Assembly (NCBI GenBank): GCA_030390025.1
Contig: CM059432.1
Location: forward strand, 127,474,001 to 127,538,000
Origin: Squalus acanthias
Taxonomy: Eukaryota
Length of the DNA stretch: 64,000 nucleotides
Reading direction: 5' to 3'
The translations under genes and the position numbers were made by a program. The notes under the pieces were generated by a model, which had not been told where the DNA came from, ran no database searches, and worked only from the letters and a program-made list of their open reading frames with translations. Shown here piece after piece: positions 62,828 through 64,000 of this stretch. How positions within the stretch are numbered: position 1 is the first letter of the stretch; each line of letters starts with the position of its first letter.

Positions 62828-63564
62828 GATGTAGTGCCAGTGCAGCCTTCGATCGCCTGAGGAAGAGAGTGTTTGAAGACCAGGACCTCAAACCCAGCAC
62901 CAAGCTCATGGTCTACAGAGCAGTAGTGATACCCGCCCTCCTGTATGCTTCAGAGACATGGACCATGTACAGCAGGCACTTCAAAGCACTCGAGTGGTAC
63001 CACCAACGCTGCCTCCGCAAGATCCTGCAAATCCACTGGCAGGATAGGTGCACCAACGTCCGTGTTCTCACTCAGGCCAACATCCCCAGCATCGAAGCTT
63101 TGACCACGCTCGATCAGCTCCGATGGACGGGCCACATCGTCCGCATGCCCGATATGAGACTCCCAAAACAAGTGCTCTACTCGGAGCTCCGACACGACAA
63201 GAGATCCCCAGGTGGGCAGCGGAAATGCTTCAAGGACACCTGCAAAGGCTCCTTAAAAAAAGTGCAACATCACCACCGACACCTGGGAATCCCTGGCCCA
63301 AGACCGCCCAAAGTGGAGGAGAAGCATCCGGGAAGGTGCCGAACACCTCGAGTCTCTTCGCCGGGAGCAAGCGGAAGCCAAGCGCAGGCAGCGCAAGGAG
63401 CGCACGTCAACCCAAGCACCCCACCCACTCACCCCTTCAACCACCGTCTGCCCCACCTGTGACAGAGACTGTAGCTCCCGCATTGGACTCACCAGTCAAC
63501 TGGGAACTCATTTTTAGTGTGGAAGCAAGTCATCCTCGGTTCCGAGGGACTGCCTAAGAAGAAG
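62828..63564 (+). mobile_element. 5'-truncated RTE with 10-bp TSD
   Basis: TSD acatccagat at 62818-62827 and 63565-63574; (AAG)n tail. Confidence 0.92.
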
Positions 63565-63867
63565 ACATCCAGATATAGTCTCTAGCACATTCCAGTGGCC
63601 TATCAGGCTTTGTTGACGTTCTCAGAACACATCTCAAGCCAGTTTCCTAGGAGGGGAAGATAGTTAGCCTGATGGGACTTAAGGGGGGGAAAAAATAATT
63701 TAAATAAAAACTTTTTTTGCTTGCACAGTTACATCTCACGGCTGCAAACTGATCACTACAGTAATACTCTGTTGTGGGATGAATATACAAATGTTTTTCC
63801 AGTTATTGACAAGTTTATTCATCTTATTTATGCTTTATAAATTAGAATTTTGTTTTCATTTTTATAG

Positions 63868-63955
63868 ACAACTCATTGCAATTTTAGACAAAGTAGCAAT
63901 GACAAGACCCACAGAACTGGACTGTAAACGGCAAGCATCAATGACTCTAACCTTT
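63868..63955 (+). pseudogene. Ferlin exon, FerA region (QLIAILDKVAMTRPTELDCKRQASMTLTF)
   Basis: tttttatag acceptor; AMTRP-ELD motif; followed by GGgagc rather than GTgagc. Confidence 0.7.
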
Positions 63956-64000
63956 GGGAGCAATTTTCTTTCGGCAAATCTTTGTGGATTTGAACCCATC

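Larger units (their letters stand above)
17052..63955 (+). pseudogene. FER1L4: Ferlin family gene (otoferlin/FER1L4/FER1L6 clade, closest to FER1L4), multi-exon, apparently pseudogenised; continues beyond the window
   Basis: Collinear exons with compatible phases translate to ferlin C2A, C2B, FerI, C2C and downstream motifs (STQKSTNCPSFNE, IKIYKAEGLPKMN, GFLPTFGHSWVNL, EEFLLFATFLE, FEVSIGNYG, AMTRPTELD). Multiple disabling lesions. Paralogue call is from remembered motifs only. Confidence 0.8.

Noticed and set aside
1..64000. CRISPR arrays, operons or other prokaryotic systems
   Set aside because: No regularly spaced repeats; the content is vertebrate intronic and transposon DNA.

Overview
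Eukaryotic (vertebrate) genomic DNA, most likely a cartilaginous fish (HE1-type V-SINE, HER1/CR1 tails and a SacSINE1-like DeuSINE are recognisable). Most of the window is intron sequence of a plus-strand type-II ferlin gene, closest to FER1L4 by recalled motifs. About 12 exons are recognisable between 17.0 and 64.0 kb. The gene looks like a decaying pseudogene, with frameshifts, broken splice sites, a MITE inside an exon and an apparently missing exon. The transposon load is dense and often nested: a near full-length CR1 LINE with an esterase ORF1, more CR1/L2/RTE copies, a full-length Gypsy LTR element with a tRNA-Trp PBS, and an internally deleted two-gene Harbinger. There are also about 12 Harbinger-type MITEs with conserved internal hairpins, and a Penelope-like insertion carrying a minimal hammerhead ribozyme in both orientations. 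Most short ORFs in the ORF track are spurious. Family assignments rest on motif recognition, not database searches.
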